Below, piece after piece: positions 43,501 to 51,794 of a stretch of 64,000 bases of DNA. A program made the translations under genes and the position numbers. Source of the DNA: an uncultured bacterium (GTDB lineage: Bacteria > Zixibacteria > MSB-5A5 > GN15 > FEB-12); the NCBI GenBank assembly GCA_965372795.1, contig CBDVDR010000003.1, forward strand, positions 32,001-96,000, read 5' to 3'. The first letter of the stretch is position 1; each line of letters begins with the position of its first letter. The notes under the pieces were generated by a model. The model saw only the letters and a list, made by a program, of their open reading frames with translations, ran no database searches and was not told the DNA's origin.

Positions 43501-44566
43501 CAATTTTCAGGTCAAAATCAACATCAATAAGTCCCAGTAATTTTGTGGCACAATGCAAAGCATTCAGTTCATCATCTTCACGCTTTTTAGGAGCACCGAA
43601 TAAAACCAGTAATTTATGACCGTCATAAAAGGGATCAATTCGGGTGATACTCCCGCCGCTTTGAGATATGATTTCAAAAACAGATAAGAGCTTTTTATTG
43701 ATTAATTTTATTTCGTAATCAGCTTGTTCCAATTCATGGTTAACAGATGATCTAAAGTTGGCAAATAGAACCGTCACATCACGAAATTCGGATTGTGAAA
43801 TTTTCATTTTGGAAGTTATTTTGGCTCTTTCTATAAGGTCTTTAGGAAGATACTGTTCGAGTCGCACATCGTGATACATTTCTTCTTCTGAAGATGTTTG
43901 TTTGGAAATGAATATGTCCTTAGAAAACTCTTCAGTATTCTCCAAGAGATAGAAACCATCTTCTACTTGAGATAGTGAGTCATATTGTGGTAACACGCAG
44001 GCAAGATTTTTTCCTATAACCATTTGATTTATTTTGGCAAGGTCACAGGCGTGCATAACATCAGTAATCATTGAACCATAAGGTTCTGCTTCCAATCTAT
44101 AATTTACTTTACCCATTGATGCCAGACTAAAGGAACCTATCTCTGCTCCAATATGAATTTTTAAAGGAGAGTTTTGTAAATCTGATGAAGTCTTATTCAA
44201 ATTTTCGACAGTGCTTAGGGCATGATGAAAAAACTTAGTTATATCAACCGTTTTTGGAAAATATATCCAAACGGCATCTCCGGCAAACTTGAGAATATCT
44301 CCCTGATAATGAAATATCAAATCTGAGACTGATTTAAAAAACTCATTAAGAATATGTGTCAATTTTTCAGGACCAAGTTTTTTATCAATGGATAATTTGC
44401 GAGTAAGCTCTGTGAATCCGGAAGCATCCAGACAGGCTACAATGCCTTCATGGTGAGTGAAATTGTGAAACTTTCCCGATAGGGAATTACTATACCACTC
44501 TATTAATATCTGAGGTAGATGAGGATTAACAAATGCCTTCGCATTGGAAATTTGTTTAACCACCAT
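40511..44566 (-). CDS. Class III nucleotide cyclase (tandem domains) plus STAND P-loop NTPase plus TPR repeats
   Basis: LDASGFT and KFAGDA in domain 1; LFGAP and EYTVMGEAANMSARL in domain 2; Walker A GEAGVGKS, Walker B IIDDFD; C-terminal TPRs. Confidence 0.9.
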   Translation of the reverse strand: MVVKQISNAKAFVNPHLPQILIEWYSNSLSGKFHNFTHHEGIVACLDASGFTELTRKLSIDKKLGPEKLTHILNEFFKSVSDLIFHYQGDILKFAGDAVWIYFPKTVDITKFFHHALSTVENLNKTSSDLQNSPLKIHIGAEIGSFSLASMGKVNYRLEAEPYGSMITDVMHACDLAKINQMVIGKNLACVLPQYDSLSQVEDGFYLLENTEEFSKDIFISKQTSSEEEMYHDVRLEQYLPKDLIERAKITSKMKISQSEFRDVTVLFANFRSSVNHELEQADYEIKLINKKLLSVFEIISQSGGSITRIDPFYDGHKLLVLFGAPKKREDDELNALHCATKLLGLIDVDFDLKIGLANGSLFCGDVGTDKRKEYTVMGEAANMSARLMANASWGQVLIDNELRMILPENIKTDNKKLSLKGIGNEVLCHQFREIIELISCHTESDTIIGQKTEYQQLKRFMSPTPLSQIKRMVITGEAGVGKSTLVESAIRSNDEIPSITIEGRRSFLYGENWILKKLLNDLFSIFQKKHYQSLKDFAIEIIESKWLPLIGDFIDVPVEDNIWSKGLSQKQKNQKTIGLYSMLTASIVTDPVVVIIDDFDQINDYSRQFLLHLLNSPKQFPGIFILILRDDTNIGKLSNTKITHLKLAPPTDSEWMSYFKNQFGDGKRELELTEKLVDISKSNPQFISEFINHLHKQDKLELNSFTGKYELIESFDDAEIPANINDIYLSRFDLLPELDKRLLKSAAVFETMFSLDALSTTTDNKDKNALRNKLDNLEKDEVLEYDSENRLFSFADKKFQTIIYSCLPESFLLTSHRKVANYYESSEATFSPAVLANHYFKSKQWQKAYTFSLITAKDALRLFSLSEASRMFKQCEVSLESIEHNDIQTSDIYNYYESYSSYLVLEGDLDKAYKLIKSWKELAEKDNNDSQKTSAIIEKAQLDWQQSKYNECREALENVLKYPDIQDYSKLTARIHTILAEVERRSGNFTMAQECCQQSINSYKDIDDYQGLSDAYNKLGLALWGEGKLNEAAENYELSLQYGKDVNGMIVHSQTSNNLAIIKWEQGDFLEAEQLMRHALEITKQIGDRRDEAYVSGNLSSIQKILGRFSSSRKLILHADKIFTRLNDTHAHNYVIGNLGDIDLIEGKHEDAEAKFLEVIKFAKEVDDKELFAECQIRLGEVLFYTGNIDKAKIKYKEAIKLANEIDSSEYFMRSAIGLCRLFIGERYLDEINYLIDQTMEKAVSINSILVMNEIGFIKGETNRLRNNLSDAISCYHETLSYGQQQNVFELILKSSVRLYENDNSFKDKANRIISDISHQYIIDNGKDSWKKIINSCYYQYFSKTISKMV

Positions 44567-44915
44567 AAATATATATCCTGATGACTAAAAGTGTCATAAT
44601 ATGAATAGCCTGATCCAAATAATAAGCTTGCTTGCTGTTATTAAATTTCTGGGACTTAATAAAATCCTGAATCCAATGAATTACATAAACGCCTACCATT
44701 ACCAGAAGTGTTGTCAGGCTCATGAAGCTATTATTCTCATGAAGGCTAAGTCCATACGCCAGAAATAAAGTCAGAACAATAATGTAAATTAATACATGCA
44801 AAGACAAAAATACTTTTGATTTGCCCTTGTTCTTAGCCATATTATCCGACTGTAGGGCAAAGTCGCCTATATAGTGTCCAAATAATAAAATGAGTAGTAA
44901 ATCCGGCACAATCAC
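44556..44915 (-). CDS. DUF3307-family small membrane protein
   Basis: GHYIGDFALQSDNMAKNK, LHVLIY, HWIQD, LDQAIH. Confidence 0.85.
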   Translation of the reverse strand: MIVPDLLLILLFGHYIGDFALQSDNMAKNKGKSKVFLSLHVLIYIIVLTLFLAYGLSLHENNSFMSLTTLLVMVGVYVIHWIQDFIKSQKFNNSKQAYYLDQAIHIMTLLVIRIYIYGG

Positions 44916-44924
44916 TCCATCAAT

Positions 44925-46397
44925 TTACGGTAAACGAATTATAATAACTGGGTAATTATCTTTATTATTTTCTATCACAAATTCTCCCTCATGATGATGA
45001 ATTATCTGCTCAATATAATCCCAGCCAAAAATGCTATACTGGTTTAAAGCTTTTCTGACATTTTCAGGTTCCAAAATAGCAAGATGGGGAATAATTCTGA
45101 TTTCAGAAAATCTACTATCCGGCGAACGGCATAAGTCGATTTTTATTGAATATTGAATATCCTTTTCTAAGTTGAGCAAAGCGTCCGAAGCCGAGTTTAG
45201 TAAACTAAATATCATATTCTGAAGTGATACCTCATTCATATGAACTCGACTCGGAAAATCTTTATGCACATCCAGACTAAATTCAATATTTTCAACTTCC
45301 TTCATCGACTGCCAATGTTTCAGAATGGTCTTCATCAAAACACGAATATCTATAAATGTAAAATTTGATTCTGTTTTATAAGTGTCAACTAAATGACGGG
45401 AATCATTTTTCAGATCCATGATAGTGCAGTTGACTTCTCGATTGGAACTTTCGATACCTTTGGTATCGTTATCTGAAATATCTTTTGACAAATTATCAAT
45501 ATTACTTTTGAGGATATCTATCTCGACAAAAAACTGTTTAGCCAATTCATAGGTAGATTGCTTGGTATTTAAATACCGGTCTTCAATTGCTTTAATACTT
45601 GTAAATCCCGAAATTTCTGTCAAGTCCTGTCCCATTACGAGATAGAGTAATTCGTCTCTATAGGTTGTTAAAATGGTACAGGTCAAAAACGCCGGAAATT
45701 CCTCGCCGACCCGCAAGCCGTTTACTTTACCACTCCAGGTGTTTTGCAATTCCTGCTGACAGTCTGAAAAATTGAAATGACTGAAAAGGTCATCAATTTT
45801 ATATTTTTTATCTTTATTGAGGCCAAATATCCTGATGGCTGACTTATTCATATTAAAAATGTCGCCAGATTTAGTTACGAGAAGAATTGCTGATGGTGAT
45901 TGATCAATTACCGAATCAAGAAAACAGTTGAGTTCATTCAATCTTTGATTGGTTTCCGTTAGCTCAAGATTATTCTTCTCAAGATCCATTACTCTTGATG
46001 AATCAGACTCGCGTAGCTTGTTACTTAAACTCTCTAGGACATTTATTGCAAATGAGGGTTTTTCCTTGATGATTTTTTCAAAATTACTCTTGGTTATCTC
46101 CAGAACTTCACAAGCAGTCTTGGATATGACAGATGCAAATCGTGGAGACTCTTCAACCAAGGCCATCTCGCCAATGAATTCACCGGCACTACGAGTTGCA
46201 ATTGTTACTGGCTGGTTTGTTTCTGAGCTTAATTTAGTGATTTTAACATCGCCCCTAAGGATTAATAACATGGTAGTACCAATATTACCCTCAGAAAATA
46301 TTATATCACCCGGACTGTATTTCGAGTATTTTCCGGCTAACTTAACCAGAAATAAATCAAGTGTGGAATTTTCCAACCAAGTTTCTTCATTATTCAT
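44925..46397 (-). CDS. cNMP-binding plus PAS plus degenerate histidine-kinase-like protein
   Basis: IFSEG, GEFIGEMALVEESPRFASV (cNMP); VIDQSPSAILLV (PAS); eroded H/N/G boxes. Confidence 0.8.
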   Translation of the reverse strand: MNNEETWLENSTLDLFLVKLAGKYSKYSPGDIIFSEGNIGTTMLLILRGDVKITKLSSETNQPVTIATRSAGEFIGEMALVEESPRFASVISKTACEVLEITKSNFEKIIKEKPSFAINVLESLSNKLRESDSSRVMDLEKNNLELTETNQRLNELNCFLDSVIDQSPSAILLVTKSGDIFNMNKSAIRIFGLNKDKKYKIDDLFSHFNFSDCQQELQNTWSGKVNGLRVGEEFPAFLTCTILTTYRDELLYLVMGQDLTEISGFTSIKAIEDRYLNTKQSTYELAKQFFVEIDILKSNIDNLSKDISDNDTKGIESSNREVNCTIMDLKNDSRHLVDTYKTESNFTFIDIRVLMKTILKHWQSMKEVENIEFSLDVHKDFPSRVHMNEVSLQNMIFSLLNSASDALLNLEKDIQYSIKIDLCRSPDSRFSEIRIIPHLAILEPENVRKALNQYSIFGWDYIEQIIHHHEGEFVIENNKDNYPVIIIRLP

Positions 46398-46700
46398 ATA
46401 TCAATTATCGACAATATCTTAGGGATAATTAGTGAATAATCATTTGAGTAACTTCAAGACTTCAACAGATAAAGGAGAACAATTATGTTTGAAGACTATT
46501 AGTTGCCATAATAATTGTATGTGTCTTAATACCTCTTTCTTTGTTGGCTACACTTTCACCAGCTTCACACCCTCTTTTCGATGACTATGCCGTTCATGAA
46601 ATACACTTGACTTTTCATCAAATTGATTGGTGAGATTCGCTTGTAATTAACTACGAAGGTTATTCAGATCAACCATACTTAGAAGCGGAATTCAGCTGGG

Positions 46701-46790
46701 TTGATATCAACCAAAGCGAGTAGTTATCCAAGCTGGAGTCCGTATGTTTATATCTTGAATAATCCATTGAAGAATAATGATCCAGATAGA
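46701..46790 (+). pseudogene. RHS-repeat-associated core C-terminal remnant
   Basis: ASSYPSWSPYVYILNNPLKNNDPD matches the RHS end motif YPxxSPYxYxxNNPxxxxDPxG; no upstream RHS body. Confidence 0.65.
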
Positions 46791-46846
46791 GCCTATACGG
46801 TAAATTATAGACGTGCTTTGCTATCAAATGGGCGTTTTGAGACTAT

Positions 46847-47019
46847 TTTTTCTAACAATTTTCTAACAAACTACTTCACTGAAGTTAACTCAACTTGATC
46901 GAACTTAACCCAACTTGACTCTACTTAAGGTTTCACATTTCATCTGATTACGGCTATTTTTATGCCATTCAAGAAGTTGTCGAAAATGCCATGCGTCGAA
47001 TCCCTGCCTCTCCGCATAC
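46847..47019 (+). repeat. att-like module A, copy 1: arm-like repeats plus tRNA-Ser 3' end
   Basis: TTTTCTAACAA twice, a 10-bp-period AACTT run, then the tRNA 3' copy; homologous to 51113-51273. Confidence 0.8.
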
Positions 47020-47104
47020 TTCGTATGTTTTACACTGGCGAAACAGGTCAGGGCTTTTTCATGCTTAAAATCATATAAGTTCGATATGTCTCCCAAGTAG
47101 CCGC
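47015..47104 (+). repeat. Module B, copy 1 (copy 2 at about 48306-48396; diverged copy after the tRNA at about 39459-39540)
   Basis: CATACTTCGTATGTTTT...TCAGGGCTTTTTCATGCTT.AAATCATATAAGTTCGATATGT. Confidence 0.8.
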
Positions 47105-47414
47105 TTTATTTAATAAGCTTTATTAATTTGATAATTCCCCAAATTATTATTAAGATTTTTCATAATTATATGTTAGATATCTGTCCAAAATTCTTCCCTT
47201 TTTAATATTTCATTTTAAAAGGTTTACAATTGGTAGAGAATAAATTACGTTGAAAATCTAGATTTTGTTAGAGGTTAATTCACCTAAGAATTATTTTCTC
47301 AACCACAAAATGCAGAAGAGTACCCATGCTAAGCAACAGGGTATAGTACGAGGGTATATAAATGTAAACTGTCGAGTGATATTACTCGACAATAATTTAT
47401 ATGAAAGGGAGGTT

Positions 47415-48125
47415 ATGAAAAATCCAATCTATTTTCTTTTGATTACACTTATGTGTGGATATTGTCTTTCATTTTCTCAAGATGCAAACTCTCAAAAATC
47501 TGAGATTGTCAAATTACCCCAGCCGAAATATGACAGTGATATTTCAGTTGAAAAAGCCCTATTAAATCGGCGTTCCATCAGGTCATATTCGCAAACGCCA
47601 ATGACAATTGAACAAATTTCACAGCTTTTGTGGTCGGCGTATGGTATTACTAAAATAGATAGTTCTCAAGAATACTATCGAGGTGGTTTTAGAACAGCAC
47701 CTTCGGCAGGAGCACTGTATCCATTGGAAATCTATATTGTTGCCGGAAATGTTTCCGGATTGCAAAAAGGAATATACAAGTACAATTCTGTCAAACATCA
47801 TCTTGAAATGGTTGTATCCAGCGATAAAAGAGATGAACTCAGTAAAGCAATCGTTAAAGGCTACAGGATTCAAGAATCCTCTGTCGTAATAATTTACTCA
47901 GCAATATTTGAAAGAACAACGCAAAAATACGGACAGCGAGGTAGAGAGCGATATGTTTGGATTGAAGCCGGTCATTCAGCACAGAATTTGTATTTACAAT
48001 CGTATGCTTTGGGGGTTGGGATGTGTGTCAACGGAGCTTTTAATGATGAAGTTATTAGTGAAGTTTTGCAGCTTCCTGTAGGAGAAGAACCTGTTTATCT
48101 TATTACGGTGGGAGTTAAAAAATAA
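47415..48125 (+). CDS. SagB/ThcOx-family nitroreductase-like protein with N-terminal signal
   Basis: RRSIRSY, QLLWSAYG, RTAPSAGALYPLE, EAGHSAQNLYL; GGGAGG RBS before ATG 47415. Confidence 0.9.
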   Translation: MKNPIYFLLITLMCGYCLSFSQDANSQKSEIVKLPQPKYDSDISVEKALLNRRSIRSYSQTPMTIEQISQLLWSAYGITKIDSSQEYYRGGFRTAPSAGALYPLEIYIVAGNVSGLQKGIYKYNSVKHHLEMVVSSDKRDELSKAIVKGYRIQESSVVIIYSAIFERTTQKYGQRGRERYVWIEAGHSAQNLYLQSYALGVGMCVNGAFNDEVISEVLQLPVGEEPVYLITVGVKK

Positions 48126-48451
48126 TCCTAACTTTTTTGATAAACAATACAGGTATATTGAAACCTAAACCTATAATTTCACGAAAGTTAGATATATATC
48201 ACAAGTTCCCCGCCATTAAATAATGGCTTTATCAAAATCAATATGATTTCTATGTATTTACTTTTCAGCAAATATAAAAGTTCGATATGTATCCCAAGTA
48301 GCCCGCATACATCGTATGTTTTTCCCTGGCGAAATTTGATCAGGGCTTTTTCATGCTTGAAATCATATAAGTTCGATATGTATCCAAAGTAGCCCGCTAA
48401 TAAAGATTGCAGGTGTTTAATAATTGATATAAATTAAAGATGAGAGTTAAA

Positions 48452-48479
48452 TGGCAGGATCACAGGGATCCTGCCCTAT
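48452..48479 (-). repeat. REP-like palindrome
   Basis: Reverse complement ATAGGGCAGGATCCCTGTGATCCTGCCA. Confidence 0.8.
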
Positions 48480-48511
48480 TTGAACTGGATAACCTTAAAC
48501 TAAAAAAAACT

Positions 48512-48886
48512 ATGAAAAACGAGAACAAACAAGATGAACGTATTGCAAAAATGATATTTGCTTCTGTATATCCACATTATCTTAATAAAATCGAGAAAAA
48601 AGGCAGAACAAAAGAAGAATTGCATCAAGTAATTGAGTGGTTAACCGGTTTTGACGAAAAAAAATTACAAAAGCTCGTTGAAAAAAAGGTAACTTTTGAA
48701 ATATTTTTTAAGAATGCTAATTTAAATTCTAATGCTCACCTTATTACTGGTGTTATCTGCGGTTATCGCGTGGAAGAAATCAAAAATCCGTTAACGCAAC
48801 AAGTAAGATATTTGGATAAGTTGATAGATGAATTGGCGAAAGGCCGAAAGATGGAGAAGATTTTGCGAGTTGATTCGAATATCTGA
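48512..48886 (+). CDS. DUF2200 family protein
   Basis: [42 protein letters not shown]. Confidence 0.88.
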   Translation: MKNENKQDERIAKMIFASVYPHYLNKIEKKGRTKEELHQVIEWLTGFDEKKLQKLVEKKVTFEIFFKNANLNSNAHLITGVICGYRVEEIKNPLTQQVRYLDKLIDELAKGRKMEKILRVDSNI

Positions 48887-48990
48887 TTAATGATTGGATA
48901 ACATTATAATTCAATTTCATAAGCTATACATAATCTATTAAATATAGCAGCTTACAAAATCAACTCTTTTGAATACATTCCACTCCGCAT

Positions 48991-49158
48991 ACTTCGTCAC
49001 GGTGAGTATGAATTCCCACAGTTCAATTTCAAGTACTTTAGATTAGTTGACATCAGGAAATGGGTTGCTTAAAATTGATAAGGATTATGAATGGTAAATG
49101 GGATAGATAGTAAGGGGCAGACGAGCACACGAAGTGTGGTTGGCGTCTGCCGCCCACG
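48991..49158 (+). repeat. Module D, copy 1 (about 168 bp; copy 2 at 50360-50527; partial copy at 53266-53370)
   Basis: Near-identical ACTTCGTCACGGTGAGTATG...TTAGATTAGTTGACA...GGGGCAGACG...CGTCTGCCGCCCACG. Confidence 0.9.
49047..49075 (+). promoter_or_regulatory. Sigma70-type promoter inside module D
   Basis: TTGACA-N17-TAAAAT. Confidence 0.7.
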
Positions 49159-49186
49159 GAAATCGTTATTATCTCGGAGGAAACAA

Positions 49187-50161
49187 TTGAAAGCTATCGT
49201 ACGCACCAAATACGGATCGCCGGATGTACTTGAACTACGGGAAATTGATAAGCCCGATCTGATGGACAATCAAGTACTCATAAGAGTGCATGCGGCGGCG
49301 GTGAACCCACTTGACTGGCACGTTCTTCGTGGCGAACCGTTTCTGGTACGACTAATGGGCTTTGGACTCCTGAAACCGAAACACCAGATACTCGGTGCCG
49401 ACATGGCTGGCCGGGTTGAGGCTGTTGGCAAGAATGTAATTCAGTTTAAGGCGGGTGACGAAGTCTTTGGCTCGAGCATGGGTGGATTTGCAGAATATGC
49501 GTGTGTTCGCGAGGACAAATTGGTGCTGAAGCCGACAGCCATGACTTTTGAGCAGGCGGCGGCCGTGCCATTAGCGGGAATTACGGCGTTACAGGCTCTT
49601 CGTGATCACGGACGACTGCAATCAGGACAACATGTCTTGATCAATGGCGCATCCGGTGGAGTGGGGACATTTGCGATACAGATAGCTAAGGTGCTAGGAG
49701 CGCAAGTAACCGGAGTGTGTAGCGGAAAAAACTTCGAGATGGTTCGGTCGATTGGCGCAGATCACCTGGTAGATTATAATAAAGAAGACTTCTGGTTGAG
49801 CGGGAAGGTGTACGATCTGATCGTAGACAATGCCGCATTTCATTCAATACGAAAGCCTCTGCGCGTGCTAAAAGCAACCGGTATATATGTCGGAGTTGGC
49901 GGTTCTTCATCAACTTCGAGTATTCTACAATCGCTGATTTTCAATCCTCTTATTGCAAGGATGAAGGATCGAAAAGTTATTTCATTTATGGCGAACCTGA
50001 ATCAGTTAGATTTGGTCTTCATAAAGGAGCTTTTGGAGGCCGGCAAAATAACGCCTGTAGTAGATAGGAAGTACCCTTTGAGTGAAACTCCTGAGGCACT
50101 ACGATATGTTGAAAAAGGACACGCACGAGGAAAAGTAGTCATTACCTTTGATGAGAAATAA
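49187..50161 (+). CDS. NAD(P)-dependent alcohol dehydrogenase / quinone reductase (MDR family)
   Basis: MKAIV..YGSPDVL, VNPLD, VLINGASGGVG, GHARGKVVI; GGAGG RBS before TTG 49187; visibly more GC-rich than its flanks. Confidence 0.92.
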   Translation: MKAIVRTKYGSPDVLELREIDKPDLMDNQVLIRVHAAAVNPLDWHVLRGEPFLVRLMGFGLLKPKHQILGADMAGRVEAVGKNVIQFKAGDEVFGSSMGGFAEYACVREDKLVLKPTAMTFEQAAAVPLAGITALQALRDHGRLQSGQHVLINGASGGVGTFAIQIAKVLGAQVTGVCSGKNFEMVRSIGADHLVDYNKEDFWLSGKVYDLIVDNAAFHSIRKPLRVLKATGIYVGVGGSSSTSSILQSLIFNPLIARMKDRKVISFMANLNQLDLVFIKELLEAGKITPVVDRKYPLSETPEALRYVEKGHARGKVVITFDEK

Positions 50162-50193
50162 CAGCAAAATTTTCTGAGAGTGAGGTCCACCCC

Positions 50194-50311
50194 GCCATTT
50201 TAAATGGCATGACCTGACGGCATATTGATAATGCTGTTTTTATATGTGAAAAATCCAACTATGTTGGTTCGATATGTATCCCAAGTAGCCCGCATACTTC
50301 GTATGCTTGAT
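50194..50311 (+). repeat. Module C, copy 1 (copy 2 at about 51270-51387; diverged copy at about 48212-48310)
   Basis: GCCATT..AAATGGC.TGACCTG...ATCCAACTATGTTGGTTCGATATGTATCCCAAGTAGCCCGCATACTTCG. Confidence 0.85.
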
Positions 50312-50359
50312 TCCTTCGGACTGCGGGGAGATATTTTATTAGAAATATGAATTTGAGAA

Positions 50360-50527
50360 ACTTCGTCACGGTGAGTATGGATTCCCACGGTTCAATTTCA
50401 AGTACTTTAGATTAGTTGACAACAGGAAATAGGTTGCTTAAAATTGATAAGGAATATGAATGGTTGATGGGATAGATAGTAAGGGGCAGACGAGCACACG
50501 AAGTGTGGTTGACGTCTGCCGCCCACG
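50360..50527 (+). repeat. Module D, copy 2, with promoter TTGACA-N17-TAAAAT at 50416-50444
   Basis: Direct alignment with 48991-49158. Confidence 0.9.
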
Positions 50528-50592
50528 AAATGTTAGTAGAGGAATTAATCGTGCACTTAATGGGGAATTTAATAAAATTGAGATAATTATTT

Positions 50593-51048
50593 ATGACTAA
50601 AATAAGAATTGTTTTAATGATGATCTTTTTATCAATGCTTATCTCTTGCAGTAAAAAGCAAGTTGTTTTAAAGACAAAAATCGATAGATATCATTTTACT
50701 GTTATAAGGGAGCATATGCCTTTAACCGTTGATGATAATCTTTTTTTATTTGTATCGACAAATAATTATTATGATCTAGATATTATTAATCAGACTAAAT
50801 TTATTGAAGCAGAAATAGCAGATTCAATGTCAGTTATTAAATTAGATAATGATTCATTCAGGGTTTATTTGTATGTTTATGGGCATATGTGGGTAGAACC
50901 TAAAGAATCCTTAAAGATGTCTTTGGAGGAGTATGAGAAATCTTTACCATTGATACCAGTAGATTCGATAGATCTAAATCTTAGAACAAACCCCAAAACA
51001 ATTAAATGGAATTTTGAAGATACTTGGGAAAAAAGAAAGAAAATCTAA
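50593..51048 (+). CDS. Hypothetical lipoprotein
   Basis: MTKIRIVLMMIFLSMLISC lipobox. Confidence 0.7.
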   Translation: MTKIRIVLMMIFLSMLISCSKKQVVLKTKIDRYHFTVIREHMPLTVDDNLFLFVSTNNYYDLDIINQTKFIEAEIADSMSVIKLDNDSFRVYLYVYGHMWVEPKESLKMSLEEYEKSLPLIPVDSIDLNLRTNPKTIKWNFEDTWEKRKKI

Positions 51049-51112
51049 AATTACATTCCTTTCTCATAGGTTTGGTCAGAAGCCGTGTGCACCTGACAAT
51101 TCTAATTTTTAC

Positions 51113-51273
51113 TTTTTCTAACAATTTTCTAACAAACTACTTCGCTGAAGTTAACTCAACTTGATCCAACTTGACTCTACATAACATTCTGAAACTCATC
51201 GCATTACGCGTAATATGATGCAGTTCAAAAAGTTACAGAAAATACCGCATGGCGAATCCCTGCCTCTCTGCCA
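51113..51273 (+). repeat. att-like module A, copy 2, ending in tRNA-Ser 3' copy CGAATCCCTGCCTCTCTGCCA
   Basis: Alignment with 46847-47019 and with the tRNA 3' end. Confidence 0.8.
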
Positions 51274-51422
51274 TTATAAATGGCTTGACCTGGCAGCATA
51301 ATTAAGATACAGTTTTTTTATGAGATATATCCAACTATGTTGGTTCGATATGTATCCCAAGTAGCCCGCATACTTCGAATGTTTGATATAAACTTTAATA
51401 TATATTCGAGATGATTTTTTGA

Positions 51423-51450
51423 TGGCAGGATCACAGGGATCCTGCCCTAC
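51423..51450 (-). repeat. GTAG-type REP-like palindrome
   Basis: Reverse complement GTAGGGCAGGATCCCTGTGATCCTGCCA. Confidence 0.85.
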
Positions 51451-51794
51451 TTGAGCTAATTGAACTTATAAAGACATACCTGTAAAATCTACTCTGAAAT
51501 TATTAATTTCTTTTATGCAAAATGACAATAATGACACCTTTGTAACATAGGTTATATTGGTCGCATATAATATTTGGATAAGGTAGAGTTCTATTAAAAT
51601 AAAATAATATAGAATAAGTTTTGTCAGCCTCTGTTCTTTCATCGATGTCACACAAAATAATAACTAATGCAGGCAATGTTATAACGAAACAATTATTCAA
51701 AGTAGTATGAGTAAATACCCACAATTTGGTAATGAAAATATGACAAAATTATTAAAAAGTAAAAAGAGATAGCTAATTATCAGGAGGTATTGCT

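Larger units (their letters stand above)
39440..47019. mobile_element. Genomic island 1 integrated at tRNA-Ser, no integrase visible
   Basis: TCGAATCCCTGCCTCTCCGCATAC at 39440-39463 is repeated exactly at 46996-47019; TGTTTTACACTGGC follows both copies. Confidence 0.75.

Noticed and set aside
47265..49186. Long N-terminal extensions given by the ORF track for 47265, 48440 and 49091
   Set aside because: They run through non-coding or repeat DNA; family N-termini (and RBSs for two of them) support starts at 47415, 48512 and 49187
46996..51273. Additional tRNA genes at 46996 and 51253
   Set aside because: Only the T-loop/acceptor 3' part is present, with no D or anticodon arms; treated as att copies
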